A stretch of DNA of 64,000 nt from Octopus sinensis (Eukaryota), in NCBI RefSeq assembly GCF_006345805.1, contig NC_042998.1, positions 195,114,001-195,178,000 of the forward strand, read 5' to 3'. The translations under genes were made by a program, and so were the position numbers. The notes beneath the pieces are model-generated. The model made no database searches, was not told where the DNA came from, and was given only the letters and a program-made list of their open reading frames with translations. Shown here piece by piece: positions 49,385-62,539 of this stretch (positions within the stretch are counted from its first letter, which is position 1; each line of letters opens with the position of its first letter).

Positions 49385-50178
49385 CTGAAAATAGAGAGGA
49401 AAAAAAAAAGATGAGTAATTCTTCAGAAACGTAGATTATAAATGAACTGCTAAGATTGTAATGTAAATGTATTAGATTTAAGTTAGAGTGACAGGAGTAT
49501 TGGCAGCTAAAATAGTTGAAACAATTAATAAAATACAATTTAAGAAGATTGAATGGTAGACATGTGACTGCCTGGCAAATGATAACTTTATAGATTGGAT
49601 TGGTTTGTTGTTTTGTTGCTCTTTTTTTATTATAATGTCTAATGGGTACAGGTATGGCTGTATAGACACAAAGTATGCTTTATTACCATGTGGTCTCAAT
49701 TCCTGTCTTATAGAGCAGCACCTCAGACGAGTGTCTTCTAATTTAACGTTAGGTTAACCAATACCTTTGAAGTAGATTTAGTAGACGTAAACTGTATGGA
49801 AGCTCATCAGGTATATATTTCTATACTACCCACAAGGGGCTAAACATAGAGGGGACGAACAAGTACAGACAAAGGGATTAAATCGATTACATCAACCCCA
49901 GTGCGAAACTGGTACTTTATTTATCGACCCCGAAAGGATGAAAGGCAAAGTCGACCTCGGTGGAATTTGAACTCAGAACATAGCGACACATGAAATACCG
50001 CTAAGCATTTCACCTGGCGCGCTAACGTGTCTGCCAGCTTGCCACCTGATATGCGTGTGCACTTGTATGTGTGTGTGTGTGTGTACATTTGTATGTGCAT
50101 GTTTACATTCTTAACTTTGTGCTAATGGTAGAGTTTGTTGACTTTCCTTGTCAACAAACTGTTGAGATAAAAATATAC

Positions 50179-50259
50179 CTTTTCTCCTAATGGTGGGACT
50201 CGCAACCTCTTCATGGCCTTTTGTCGGTTACCTCCTTCTAAATCTGTGGTCACAATTTG
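50179..50259 (-). CDS. XPR1: XPR1 exon (QIVTTDLEGGNRQKAMKRLRVPPLGEK)
   Basis: RQKAMKRLRVPPLG is identical to XPR1; AG/GT sites. Confidence 0.95.
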
Positions 50260-53200
50260 CTGTTTTGTAATAAATGGAACAACATTAATGCCAGAATTGA
50301 TAATCAAATAATACAAAGAGAAACAAACAACAAAAACAAGTGAAGAGAAACTGATAGTGAAGGGATTCTATTCAGGAAAAAAAAAAATTATGGGTAGGGG
50401 AATCCTCTTCCCCAAAACATTGAGAAATTTCAAATCAAAGTTCTGGTTGAAATATTCAAATGTAAAGGATTTGGGTGCCTTTTGTTTTTTTTTTTTTTAA
50501 ATCAACATATTGATTTCATATAATATCATGTGGAGACATAATATAGAAACCCTATTTCTTTACTACTCACAAGGGGTTAAACACAGAGGGGACAAACGGA
50601 TTAAGTCGATTATATCGACCCCAGTGCGTAACTGGTACTTATTTAATCGACCCCAAAAGATGAAAGGCAAAGTCGACCTCGGCGGAATTTGAACTCAGAA
50701 TGTAACCGCAGGCGAAATACTGCTAAGCATTTCGCCCGGCGTGCTAACGATTCTACCAGCTCGCTGCCTTGTAGAATATAGAAACCCATTTCTATAATGA
50801 TAGAACTTGTCCAAACTGATTTACCGATTCCTCTTTGTGGATTCCCATTGCTGTCTGGATGTTTTGAGAATAAACACAAAACATGGTACAGGACTGAGTA
50901 AAAAAGCAGAAAGATATAGACACAAAATAATAATAATTAGTTTCAAGTAATTGTATAATATACCATGATATATAAATAAATGAAACCTAATCACATGCAG
51001 AAACCAGGAGGTTATTGGTATCAAGTTCTCCATTTTCTTGTTTAGTCATTAATTCTTTCTCATTAAACTTACCTTTCTCTACATGACCAATATCATAGTT
51101 CTATGTTCACTTTTATATTTCTTTTAGTTCTTTCATATCATGAACGTTCTGGAAAACAGCTTGGGCTAAAGAAATTACCAGATTAATTGTCTGACTAATT
51201 TAATACTTTGATATTAGTTTAGATCTTACAGGAAGTGGTTGTAGAGTGTAAGGTAAGCTCCTGACAGAAGGCTGAGGAGGGGAGAGGGCCCACGACGTTT
51301 GGAGGCCCTCCAAGACTGGAGATTTGATGTAGTTGACGTTCAGCTTGGCCTTCTGTAGGTTGACATCTGCAGGAAAAGGAAAAACGTGGGTAGGGATGCA
51401 TTTCCAGAGGGTTGCAGTTAAGGGGAAAGAAGGATTAGGAAAGTGGATAGGTTTTGAAGGGTGAGGTGATAGGGATGATGAGAGGAGAAGAGATGGTTGC
51501 CTTGGTTTAAAGGAGATACGTAGCTTGCTAGTTCAGAGGAGGTTGTTTTTAGTAGTGATTAAAGAGACAGAGCGAGGAAGCAGCAAATCAAGAGTTATTG
51601 ATTGTAGTTTATTGATGAGTAAATCCTTGGTGGTCAGTTAAATGGTCTTCTTTTGGATGTGGTAAGTGAATGGCAGTAACAGGTGTTCCAGGTATTTGAT
51701 TAGTAATGTAATATAGATTTGGGATGTATGTTGCCAGAGCAGCCAACTGGCTTCCGTGCTAGTGGCACATAAAAGGGCACCATTCGAGTGTGATCATTAC
51801 CAATGTCGCCTTACTGGCACCTGTGCAGGTAGCATGTGTAAAACGATTCAAGCAAGGTCATTGCCAGTGCTGCCTGACTGGCCCCCGTGCCAGTGGCACA
51901 TAAAAAGCACCCACTACACTCTCAGAGTGGTTGGCGTTAGGAAGGGCATCTAGCTGTAGAAACTCTGCCAAATCAAGATTGAAGCCTGGTGCAGCCATCT
52001 GGTTCGCCAGCCCTCAGTCAAAATGCTAGCATGGAGAGCGGATGTTAAGCGATGAACGATGATGTTGCTAAGATTGTATGTCCTAGATATGTCCACAGTA
52101 ATCTAGTGTGGGTCTTACGTGAATTTTGCAGATGGTCATCAACTAATCAGGACTGAAGTATTTCAGCCCTGATCAGATGTACAGAACCTCATCAGTGCAT
52201 AGTGCAATGGAAAAATCTGATAGTAAACTTCTACAGCAAGAGATCAGAGATAAATTGTTGTTTAATTAAGCAGACATATTTTCAAAGGTATTTCAGTATC
52301 ATCATCATCATCGTCGTTTAACGTCCGTTTTCCATGCTAGCACGGGTTGGATGGGTATTCCATATTTTTCTGAAGTGCAGGGAGCCCAATGTTACATTAT
52401 TCAACATGTTCTATTTTCAGATGGTAGGGTATAATTGGAGGAAGATTTACCTGCCATTTTTAGTAGGTTAAGTGACCAGATAGAAGCTACTTTTGTTGGC
52501 TCTATGAGAGACAGGTGAATCTCATAGTTGAGAAACTTAGGAGGTTTGTGTACCAGATACAGTAGAAAGCTTTGCTGGGGGTGCAGCAAGTTCTCAAAGA
52601 ATCACTAATATGTAATGTAGGTAATCAATACTTTAGTAAATCTATTTGTGTAGAATCTCTGCTGGTTGCAACTGAGAAGGGAGACACATTCAAAGTGATG
52701 AAGGAGATGATTGTTTACAACTGTTTTCGTCCCCAAAATGATATTGGAAGTGACAATGTTGGTATAGTACTTGGTAGAGTCAATGAGTTTGTCCTTTGGA
52801 ATAGGACACATAGTTATAGGTTTCCATAGATCGGGACAAACTTCAATAGAGAGAAAGATTTTGTAAAGACAGGAGTTAAGTTTGGGGTTCACTAGAAGTA
52901 GGAAAGCCATCATAATCTATAGCTTTAAAATATATAGTTGTAATACAATATCTTTAACAAGTAAAATATCAACTTACTTATTCATCAACCAACCTGCCAA
53001 TCTTTCTATTTAATCAGCCATGTATCAATTAATAAATTAATACTAACCAAAAAAAAAAAAAAGACTAGCATATTCAAGATTCTAACACTCTAAAAATACT
53101 CTATTGGCATATATTTGCATTTAGTAGCACCTGAATTGAAATAAAATACAAGCGAGAAAAGCATATTCCTGTCCTTCTCTCTCTGTCACACTGGGTCTTA

Positions 53201-54078
53201 ACATCTTGGGCAAGTGTTACCACAATGTTTATCACTCTCTCTTTACACACACACATACAAACTGTAGAAACTATGGCAAAGCAGACACTGAAGCATGATG
53301 CAGTACTAGTAACCACCGGGTCCTATCAAATCATCCAACTCCTGCCAGCATAGAACATAGACATTAAACGAGGATGCTGATGAATTCAGGATGGGCAAAT
53401 GATACTAGTGTCGGTTTTTCAAGCAGGGTAAAGTATATAAATCTGGGGCAGGCAAATGTTATGATAATGTTAATCTCTCAAGCAAGACTAGATACACGAA
53501 GTAAGTGCTGTAACAGTGTTATCCTCTCAAGCAGGGTTAGATATAAGAACTCAGGTTACATGGTCAGTGTCAAGCTGAGATGGGGAAATCAAATATTTCA
53601 TTCCACCCATTTACCAAGGTGTTTATACTACTGTCACGGGATATCAAGACCCTAACCTATTTCTTTACAACCCACAAGGTAGAGGGGACAAACAAGGACA
53701 GACAAACGGATTAAGTTGATTATATCGACCCCAGTGCGTAACTGGTACTTTTTTAATCGATCCCGAAAGGACGAAAGGCAAAGTCGACCTCAGCGGAATT
53801 TGAACTCAGAACGTAACGGCAGACGAAATACGGCTACGCATTTCGCCCAGCGTGCTAACGTTTCTGCCAGCTCGCCGCCTTGAAAAGAAGCCTAACCTGT
53901 TAAACAAAGGTTTTAACTAAATTAAAAACTTCAGTCTGTACAATTCTCAAGAGAAGATAGCTAAACGGGACTTGGATAAAATTCCTCAGAGAAGATAGAT
54001 AAATAAAAACTTAGTTGTAACAAGAAGAGTATAAACAAGATCCTATGTTTTAGAAAAATGCTAACAAAGATTATTTAC

Positions 54079-54180
54079 TTCTGTTTCTTTAATCAGCTGG
54101 TCCACTTCTTTGGTGACATAGAAATGTGCTGTGTCAACAAACCCCATTCGCCATTCTACTCCATTAGTTGTCTGGAAAAG
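54079..54180 (-). CDS. XPR1: XPR1 exon (LFQTTNGVEWRMGFVDTAHFYVTKEVDQLIKETE)
   Basis: Homologous to XPR1 [21 protein letters not shown]...ETE; phase 0-0. Confidence 0.93.
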
Positions 54181-54688
54181 CTGCAACAGATCAGAAGATA
54201 TCACTAAATATGTAGCCTCCACCTCTCTTACAAATTTGTTTAATACGTTTCATATTCGATTAAACCTTTCTATCATCTGCAGGTTCACCACAATAATTGT
54301 ATACGTTTCATTGTCACACACACTACACCACTGACATATATATATATATATATCGATAAAAATGGTAAGATAACAAAAAAAATTAAAGAGACCTCGATCT
54401 TCATGTGTCTAACACACGTGGACATGCCTACAAAGTCAGAAAACAACACAGCTCCCATGACTTTCGGAAACATTTTTTCACACTGAGAGTTGCTGAAGCA
54501 TGGAATAAACTGCCTGCATCAGTTGTTGACTGCCATGACACTGCATCCTTTAAGGTCCTCATGCTTTCCGAAATGCGCCGAAACTATACCTGATTATATA
54601 TACACTTTAGATGAGTTGTAGTGCACCTGAGCACTGTACACAATTATTATTATTATTATTATTTATATTATGTAAATAGAGGAATTTA

Positions 54689-54888
54689 TCTGTAAAAGTA
54701 ATATGTGACAATTATTCGGTAGCCATGATAAAACTCCAAGTTTCAGGTGCCGAGGTGGAAATCCACGCTGCCATCTCTTCAGTTATCCGGATAACTGAAG
54801 AGATGGCAGTGTGGATTTCCACCTCGGCACCTGAAACTTGGAGTTTTATCATGGCTACCGAATAATTGTCACATATTACTTTTACAGA
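54689..54888. mobile_element. Second copy of the hammerhead-bearing fold-back palindrome
   Basis: Near-perfect palindrome centred on TTATCCGGATAA; homologous to 19651-19856. Confidence 0.65.
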
Positions 54889-55338
54889 CATATATATATA
54901 TATATAATTCGTTTTTGGATTTGGTTTGCAAGATTCTTTATATTTTTATTTTATTTTATCTAGTTTCAGCTCACGAGCTGTGGCCATGCTGGGGCACCGC
55001 CATTTAGAGTTCGTGTGTTGAAGCATATACTGCTGTGTCTGGGTAGAGTCGTTTTCTTTTTGTGCCTTATTATTTAACACACTCACTGGTAAAATTTCCA
55101 CTTTTTTCTTTTTTTTATTTTCCTGAAATTTTCGTTGCATCTTAGGAAAATAAAAATAAGAAATAAGTGGAAATTTTACCAGTGAGTGTGTTAAATAATA
55201 AGGCACAAAAAGAAAATGACTCTCCCCAGACACAACAGTATATATATATATATATATATATATAATAAAATATTAGGGAATAAATCCAAACTTACAGGGA
55301 AAAATCAGATTTAGGATTGAATCCAATTTTATAGTAAA

Positions 55339-55599
55339 ATATTATATTATATTAAATTAGAGATAAAACCACTATTAGGCAAATCATACAATGAAAAACT
55401 TAAGCCAATACATAAGATTAATTAATTTATATTATTTTAAATATATATCAAAATTATTAAAAAAAGATTATCTTTTTTTAATAATTTTGATATATATTTA
55501 AAATAATATAAATTAATTAATCTTATGTATTGGCTTAAGTTTTTCATTGTATGATTTGCCTAATAGTGGTTTTATCTCTAATTTAATATAATATAATAT
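55339..55599. repeat. AT-rich palindrome, 130-bp arms with 1-nt spacer
   Basis: Centre AAAAGAT-T-ATCTTTT at 55469; no arm mismatch seen by eye. Confidence 0.85.
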
Positions 55600-55749
55600 A
55601 TATATATATATATATATATTATATTGAGGGTACTACTATTCGTAGATACCAACACGCTAAGAGAGACCAATGCGGTCAAAACTACTAAAAATAAACAAAA
55701 TTTTACCGAATGCAAAACTTCAAAACACATCATTTTAAAAAAGAATTCA

Positions 55750-55813
55750 GTTACATATCACATGTGATTTCGCATTTAATGCAGAATATGCATTTCATGT
55801 TCATCAGTGCAAC
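55750..55813 (-). ncRNA. Type I hammerhead ribozyme motif with palindromic stem III
   Basis: Minus strand reads GTTGCA-CTGATGA-(stem II ACATGAAATGCA/TGCATTAAATGC)-GAAA-TCACATGTGA-TA-TGTAAC; stems I-III can all pair; A.C mismatch at position 10.1. Confidence 0.7.
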
Positions 55814-55994
55814 AATAGTAGTACCCTCAATATAATATAAATGAATATTTTCAAAGAGGAAGAATTTACGGATTTTTTCTCTTACGAGGTTTCTCACGCT
55901 GACTACTGACAATTTCTTTTAAAGATTTTATCCTCAATTGTTAATATATATATATATATATAATGAAATTATTGTATACAGTGCTCAGGTGCAT

Positions 55995-56030
<36 letters not shown>

Positions 56031-56931
56031 CACAGCTTCTTTATTAAAATGTCCTCAAACACCTGTCATAGTACATATAGCATACTGTTTCTTCACTCAC
56101 TACCTTCATTCTCACACATCACATACACAACCAGTTTCTCCAGGCACTATATATATTTTTCATCTCCAGGCACCATATATTCTGCTATACATGGATGTGT
56201 ACACTTAACAAAATCTCTTCAGTCTATTTTTTACAGCGATCGACTCATATTTTTTAAGTTGTTCATACATTATATAAATCCACGTGTTCAGCTTTCAGAC
56301 GCCTAGTCCTCATCCCAAGGGAGACAACTCAATATTAACTGATCTTACAAGGATTTAAGCCAATATTGTAATGCTGACATATTGAAGTTTTTCAACCCTT
56401 CAAAGTCAACGATTTAATATGTCACTCAAAATCTCAGGAGAAGCTTCTGGTCCAGTTACACTGTCTGAAATCTGCTTATGACCTGTGGTTCGTTCTATTG
56501 TAACTTCACTGTTGATAATTATTTCTTTTATTGTTGCCACATCAACTCTAAGATGACAATCGCTATTAACCCTTTCGTTACTGTATTTATTTTGAGATGC
56601 TTTGTGTTTCTTTCAATTAATTTTACATATAACAAAGAATTTAGTAAAATAATTTGTTACCATTCAGTTAGTGTTAGGAACATAAATTGTGACTAAAGTT
56701 TGGTGGAAGATTTTAATTCCAAACTTTTGAAAACAAGATATTTGTACTCAGAACCAGAGCCGGTTTTGGCCGGGTTGGTAAGGAAAGGGTTAAATGATGA
56801 GTTGTCAGTTTGCAGAGAACTTTTGGCAATCTATGAAGCAGAAAATGTCTTGTATCAAATCAGTTACTAAGACAACAGCTGCTTCACTGAGTGCATGTCT
56901 CTTCTGAGTCCTTATGAGAACATATTTCCGA

Positions 56932-57610
56932 TTACAAAGTCAGAAAACAGCACAGCTCCCATGATTTTCGGAAACATTTTTTTTACGCTAAGAGTTGCTG
57001 AAGCATGGAACAAACTGCCAGCATCAGTTGTTAGTTGTCAGAGCACTGCATCCTTCAAAGCTTCCATGCTTCCTGAGATTCCCCAACACTACACCTGATT
57101 TTCTCCCCTCCATACACACGCAAGCATGTATCTGACTCATACACTGTTCGCTTCCCAGACATTTGTACATTACTGCATATGCTTTATATGCACTTTTGAC
57201 AAGTTGTGGTGCACCTGAGCACTGTATACAATAATTTCATTATTATTGTTATTATAACACCTGTGGACATGTTTACAAAGTCAGAAAACAGCACAGCTCC
57301 CATGACTTTCAGAAATATTTTTTTCATGCTAAGAGTTGCTGAAGCATGGAACAAACTGCCGGCATCAGTTGTTAGTTGTCGGAGCACTGCATCCTTCAAA
57401 ACTTCCATGCTTCCTGAGATTCGCCAACACTACACCTGATTTTCTCCCCTCCATACACACGCAAGCATGTATCTGACTCATACACTGTTCGCTTTCCAGA
57501 TATTTCTACATTTACATTACTGCATATGCTTTATACACACTTTTGACAAGTTGTGGTGCACCTGAGCACTGTATACAATAATTTCATTATTAGTATTATT
57601 ATTATTATTA
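56932..57610 (+). mobile_element. Two tandem CR1 3'-end fragments
   Basis: Two near-identical copies of about 330 bp, each ending in an ATT-repeat tail. Confidence 0.85.
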
Positions 57611-57753
57611 TTTAAATAATTTGTCTATATATCTCATTATTTTAATAGGTTGCTATTAATTGAATTAACATAACGAAAAATAAGATACAAAGCTTAAAAA
57701 TGATAAACAAGAACCAAAATTAAGATAATAATGAAGTTATAAAAATATCTTAC

Positions 57754-58034
57754 TTTATCATGTTTTTTAAAAATTTTTCTAAAACCAGTAAAATTCAATG
57801 TTTGGTAATTCTGTAAAAGAATCAGACTCAGATAGAATTCACTGAAGGCAAGTTTGAGATCATGCATCTTCCGAGTGTTAATAACTTTGTTGTTCTTCTC
57901 CTTAAATAGCACATGTACACTGCCACGTCTTCGTCGCAATGAAGGGCGGTGCATTGCTTTTTCTTCGAGCTGTGAATATTCTTGTAGTTCTGCATTTAAT
58001 GTGGCAAATTTCCGAGTGGCTTCAGCAAATTTTT
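57754..58034 (-). CDS. XPR1: XPR1 exon, SPX domain (EKFAEATRKF...DLKLAFSEFYLSLILLQNYQTLNFTGFRKIFKKHDK)
   Basis: Diagnostic SPX motif LNFTGFRKIxKKHDK; splice sites and phase consistent. Confidence 0.97.
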
Positions 58035-58799
58035 CTGTGAAAAAAAAAAAAATGAATAATTTTAATTTTGATGATAATATACATTTCTGACATTACTCTT
58101 TAAAACATGTGGCTAATATAAAGAGTTCTGTCTATCGGGTGTGGGTGATCTAGGAATTTCTGTATACCATATATGGGCAATGTAGAGAGATATTTCTTTA
58201 GACTATATATGAGTAACATAGACATAGGCGCAGGAGTGGCTGTGTGGTAAGTAGCTTGCTTACCAACCACATGGTTCTGGGTTCAGTCCCACTGCACGGC
58301 ACCTTGGGCAAGTATCTTCTACTATAGCCTCGGGTCAACCAAAGCCTTGTGAGTGGATTTGGTAGACGGAAACTGGAAGAAGCCCATCGTATATATGTGT
58401 ATGTATATCTATGTGTGTCTGTGTTTGTCTCCCCACCATTGCTTGACAACCGATGGTGGTGTGTTTACGTCCCCGTAACTTAGCGGTTCAGCAAAAGAGA
58501 CTGATAGAATAAGTACTAGGCTTACAAAGAATAAATCCTGGGGTCGATTTACTCGACTAAAAGGCGGTGCTCTAGCATGGCCACAGTCAAATGACTGAAA
58601 CAGTAAAAGAGTAAAAGAGAGTAAGAGTATTTCTGCTGACCACATGTGAGTGATGCAGACAATTCTGTAGATCACATGTAGTAATTAATGTAATTAATAA
58701 GTCATTAATGTAGACATTTCTGTCAACTAAATGGCAGTAACAGAAACATTTATGTGAAGTACATGTAGGAAATATATATATACATATATATATAACTGC

Positions 58800-59332
58800 A
58801 CTCCAGAAATAAGGTGGTGGATAGTACTAGGCAGAGAGGCAATGGTCAGCATGAGCAAGGTCTGGAAGTGTAGAGACATCAGCCTCGCTACCAAATGCAG
58901 ATTGGTGAATGCAATCGTCTTCCCAATAGCAACATATGGATGCGATACCTGGACACTAAAGAAAGCTGACCAGAAGAGAATTAATGCATTCGAGCTTTGG
59001 TGTTGGAGAAGACTTTTACGGATTCCATGGACAGTGAGGCTCACCAATGGAGAAGTTCTTAACCAGATGAAGCCGAAACTGTCGCTAGAAGCTAGGATCA
59101 CCAAGCATAGATTGGCATATTTTGGTCATATTATGAGAAAATCCCTGGAGAAGGACATCATGCCCGGAATGGTCAGTGGCAAGAGAAGAAGAGGCTGACC
59201 AAGAACCCACTGGCTTGACACCATCAAGAGTGACATGGGAATGGCCATAGCCAATCTAAAGAAGTGACCCAGGATAGAACTGGCTGGAGAACACTGATCC
59301 ATTGAGTGACCGAGAGTCAACTTTGACTGAGC
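58800..59332 (+). mobile_element. RTE-clade (BovB-like) LINE 3' fragment
   Basis: TKCRLVNAIVFPIATYGCDTWTLKKADQKRINAFELWCWRRLLRIPWT matches the RTE-BovB ORF C-terminal region. Confidence 0.85.
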
Positions 59333-59367
<35 letters not shown>

Positions 59368-59814
59368 CAGTAAAAGAAAGAAAAGGGCAACACAAGAGGG
59401 ACAAGGCTTAATAAGTATTGAATAAGCTTAACACTTAAATGGAAGGGGGAAAATTTTAGCATTTCAGAAGTTAGTCCTTCATCAGAAGAAAGAGAAAGGT
59501 ATAAGGGGGTGAGAAAGGGAAAACGTTTATAAAAACCATTTCTATAGCCAAAACATGTTTTTGATGCTCACATAGTTATGAGTGTACACAGACATTCTCT
59601 CAATTCTCTGACCTTTGACTCAGAAGAATATAGAGGATGTCACAAATGAAGGCAGAGGTGCCTGCATCAAACTGGGTTAGATCTTTGTTTATTAATCTTG
59701 AATCATGGGAGGGATAAATTGATTAAAATAATGAGCTTAAAATATTTAAATTAATTTTATATATCAAGTGGGAAATATAGTAAAATAGTGAAATTAAGAG
59801 AAATTAACACTCAC

Positions 59815-59916
59815 CAGAGAAAAAGGTGTTGATTTTTGTCAGTTCCTTTTCACAGAATTGGAAAAAACTTTCATCAAACCTTGTGAAATATCTTTTGATA
59901 ATAGCACTGTCAGTAA
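59815..59916 (-). CDS. XPR1: XPR1 exon, SPX domain ([34 protein letters not shown]); first XPR1 exon found in the window
   Basis: Translation matches vertebrate XPR1 [36 protein letters not shown]/GT sites; 102 nt, phase 1-1. Confidence 0.93.
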
Positions 59917-60450
59917 CTGCAAAGATACAAAAAAAAAATACATGTTATTCACTCCCTTATTATACATTTTCATCATCATCGTCATCATTTAATATCTGCT
60001 TTCCTTGCTAGCATGGGTGGGACGGTTTCACAAGAGCCAGTCAGGCAGAAACATGCATCAGACTTCTGTGACTGTTTTGGCAGGATTTTTACAGCTGGAT
60101 GCCCTTCCTAACACCAACCACTCAGCAGAGTGGACTTAGTGCTTTTTATGTGGCACAAGCACAAGAAAGGTCCGTTCTGGCAAGGTTTTTGCAGCTGATT
60201 CCTTCTGTAAACCAACAACTTTACAGTGTGGACTGGATGCTTTTAAGTGGCACTTGCACTGACAGGGTCACCAAGTACTTGCAAGACAAAATAAAAAATA
60301 TTATGCTATGAAAATAAGATACACCATATATATATTGATTATATGAATTTTTTGTGTAATGAGATAACAAAACCAAGGCTGTATAGATATTAGAGCATTT
60401 ATAGATAGAAGGTCTTACAGCTGTTTCTAGAATATTGATTATATAAATAA

Positions 60451-60965
60451 CTAGCAGTATCGCCCGGCATTGCTCGGGTTTGTAAGGGAAATAACTATAT
60501 AAGCATTTTTAGAGAGTTACTTCCCTTATAGATGCCAATTCGGGCTTTCTTAGCTATTTCTGTTTTGGTGTCTTCAAGCCATGAAGTCGTTGTTCTAAAA
60601 GAACGCTGGTCTCCTTGACAACGCTTTACGACGTTGATTTCCTTACACTCCCTTCCCCACAGCTTCACAAAGGAGGGAAGAAGGGGGAGAAGCAAACACA
60701 GGTGCAGGTGTGACCATGGACGCCAACTCCGCCGCCATCGACACACGAAAAATTATGCATTAAAATGGAATAAAAAATGATGGTAAATTATTTTTAAAAT
60801 CGTAGAATCATCGTAGACGCGCGCTAATAGCCAGACGGGCTCGATATGAATCACGACTATAAGATACCCGAATTTGGTTAAACTGCACCGCAAAATGTGG
60901 GAGGAGTTAGGAATCTAAATCGAAGGGGACAGACACTCACACAACTACAGTTTTATATATATAGA
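60451..60965 (-). mobile_element. Non-autonomous Helitron, long subfamily
   Basis: Reverse complement of 8957-9450; A|TC...CTAG|T ends. Confidence 0.8.
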
Positions 60966-62539
60966 TAAACAGACATCACTAGTTTATTATACATCACTCA
61001 ATATTTTTTTGATATTTGTTTGGGGTTGATCACTAGATGTGGCTTTGCTACCTATACTTGGTTCATTTGAAGAAGAAAGTCTCTCTCTTATATATTCATG
61101 AATGTATCAAGAGTTCTTTGTTTCCATTCTAGCTTTTTCCCTTTTTAATTTCATCGGAGCAAGTGTAAAATAGATTTAAATCTGCAGTAATTTTTCTTCA
61201 ATCATCATCATCATCGTTTAATGTTCACTTTCCATGCTGGCATAGGTTGGATGGTTTGACTGAGGACTGGTAGGCCAAGAGGCTGCACCAGGCTCCAAGC
61301 TGATCTGACAAGGGTTCTACAGCTGAATGCCCTTCCTAATGCCAACCACTCTGAGAGTGTAGTGGATGCTTTTTATGTGCCACTGACATGGGGGCCAATC
61401 AGGTACTACTGGCATTGACTATGCTCAAATGGTGCTTTTACATGCCACCAGTATGGGAGCCAGTGGGGCAACACTGGCAACAACCATGCTCAAATGGTGC
61501 TTTTTATGTGCCACTGGCACAGGACCAGTCAGGCATCAACCATGTTTGTATCGTGATTTTTACATGCCACTGGCACAGGAGCCAGTCTGGTGGGAGAGGC
61601 ATTGACCACACTCGAATGGTGCTTTTTATCTGTCAGTCAGGTGGTACTGGTATCGGCCACAACAATGATTTCATTTGACTCAACAGGTCTTCTGAAGCAC
61701 AGTATATTGCCCAATGATTGAAGGGTACTCTTAAATAGGCTGGTTATGACATAGGCCACAGTTACGGTCTCACTTGGCTTACCGGGTCTTCTCAAGCACA
61801 GCATATCTCCAAAGGTCTCAGTCACTTGTCATAGCTTCTATGAGGTCCAACATTTGAAGGTCATGCTTCACCGCTTCATCCCTTGTCTTCCTGGGTCTAC
61901 CTCTTCCACAGGTTCCCTCTACTGTTAGAGTGACACTTTTTCACACAGCTGTCCTCATCCATACATAACAAATGACCATACTAGTGCAGACATCTCTCTT
62001 GCACACCACACCCGTCCAACTTTCCTCTCAGGGCACTTACACTCTGTTGTGTATGCACACTGACATTACACATTTAGCGGAAAATACTAGCATCATTTCT
62101 TGCAAGCTTAAGCATGTCCTCAGCAGTCACAGCCCATGTTTCACTGCCATGTAGTTACCATTTAGCTACCATTGGATGTTGATATTGTGCACACACACTG
62201 CTTCCACATTTTCTTCTGTAATGTTGATAGCATGTCAAACTACACACACTGAACTAGCGAGTTCCACCTACATGGGATAGAGGTATGGTGTGCTAAATTG
62301 ACATACCTAGTATGGAATAAAGGTGTGGTCTGCTGAATTTTACTCACTCTTCTACCGAATATAGGGGTGATGTACTGCATTATTTATACCCTTCATATAT
62401 AGGTAGGATATAGTCTATTGAACTGACTCATCTCTGTATGGGGTAGAAGTGTGGTCCACACAAACTTGCTTCATCCGTTACTGATACTTATTTGAATGTT
62501 AAACATTATAAGCAACAGTTTCAGAAAGAAAATTAACAT

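Noticed and set aside
61050-61185. Missing upstream XPR1 exon (SPX N-terminus)
   Set aside because: No frame with a valid acceptor gives XPR1-like sequence; the first exons probably lie beyond 64000.
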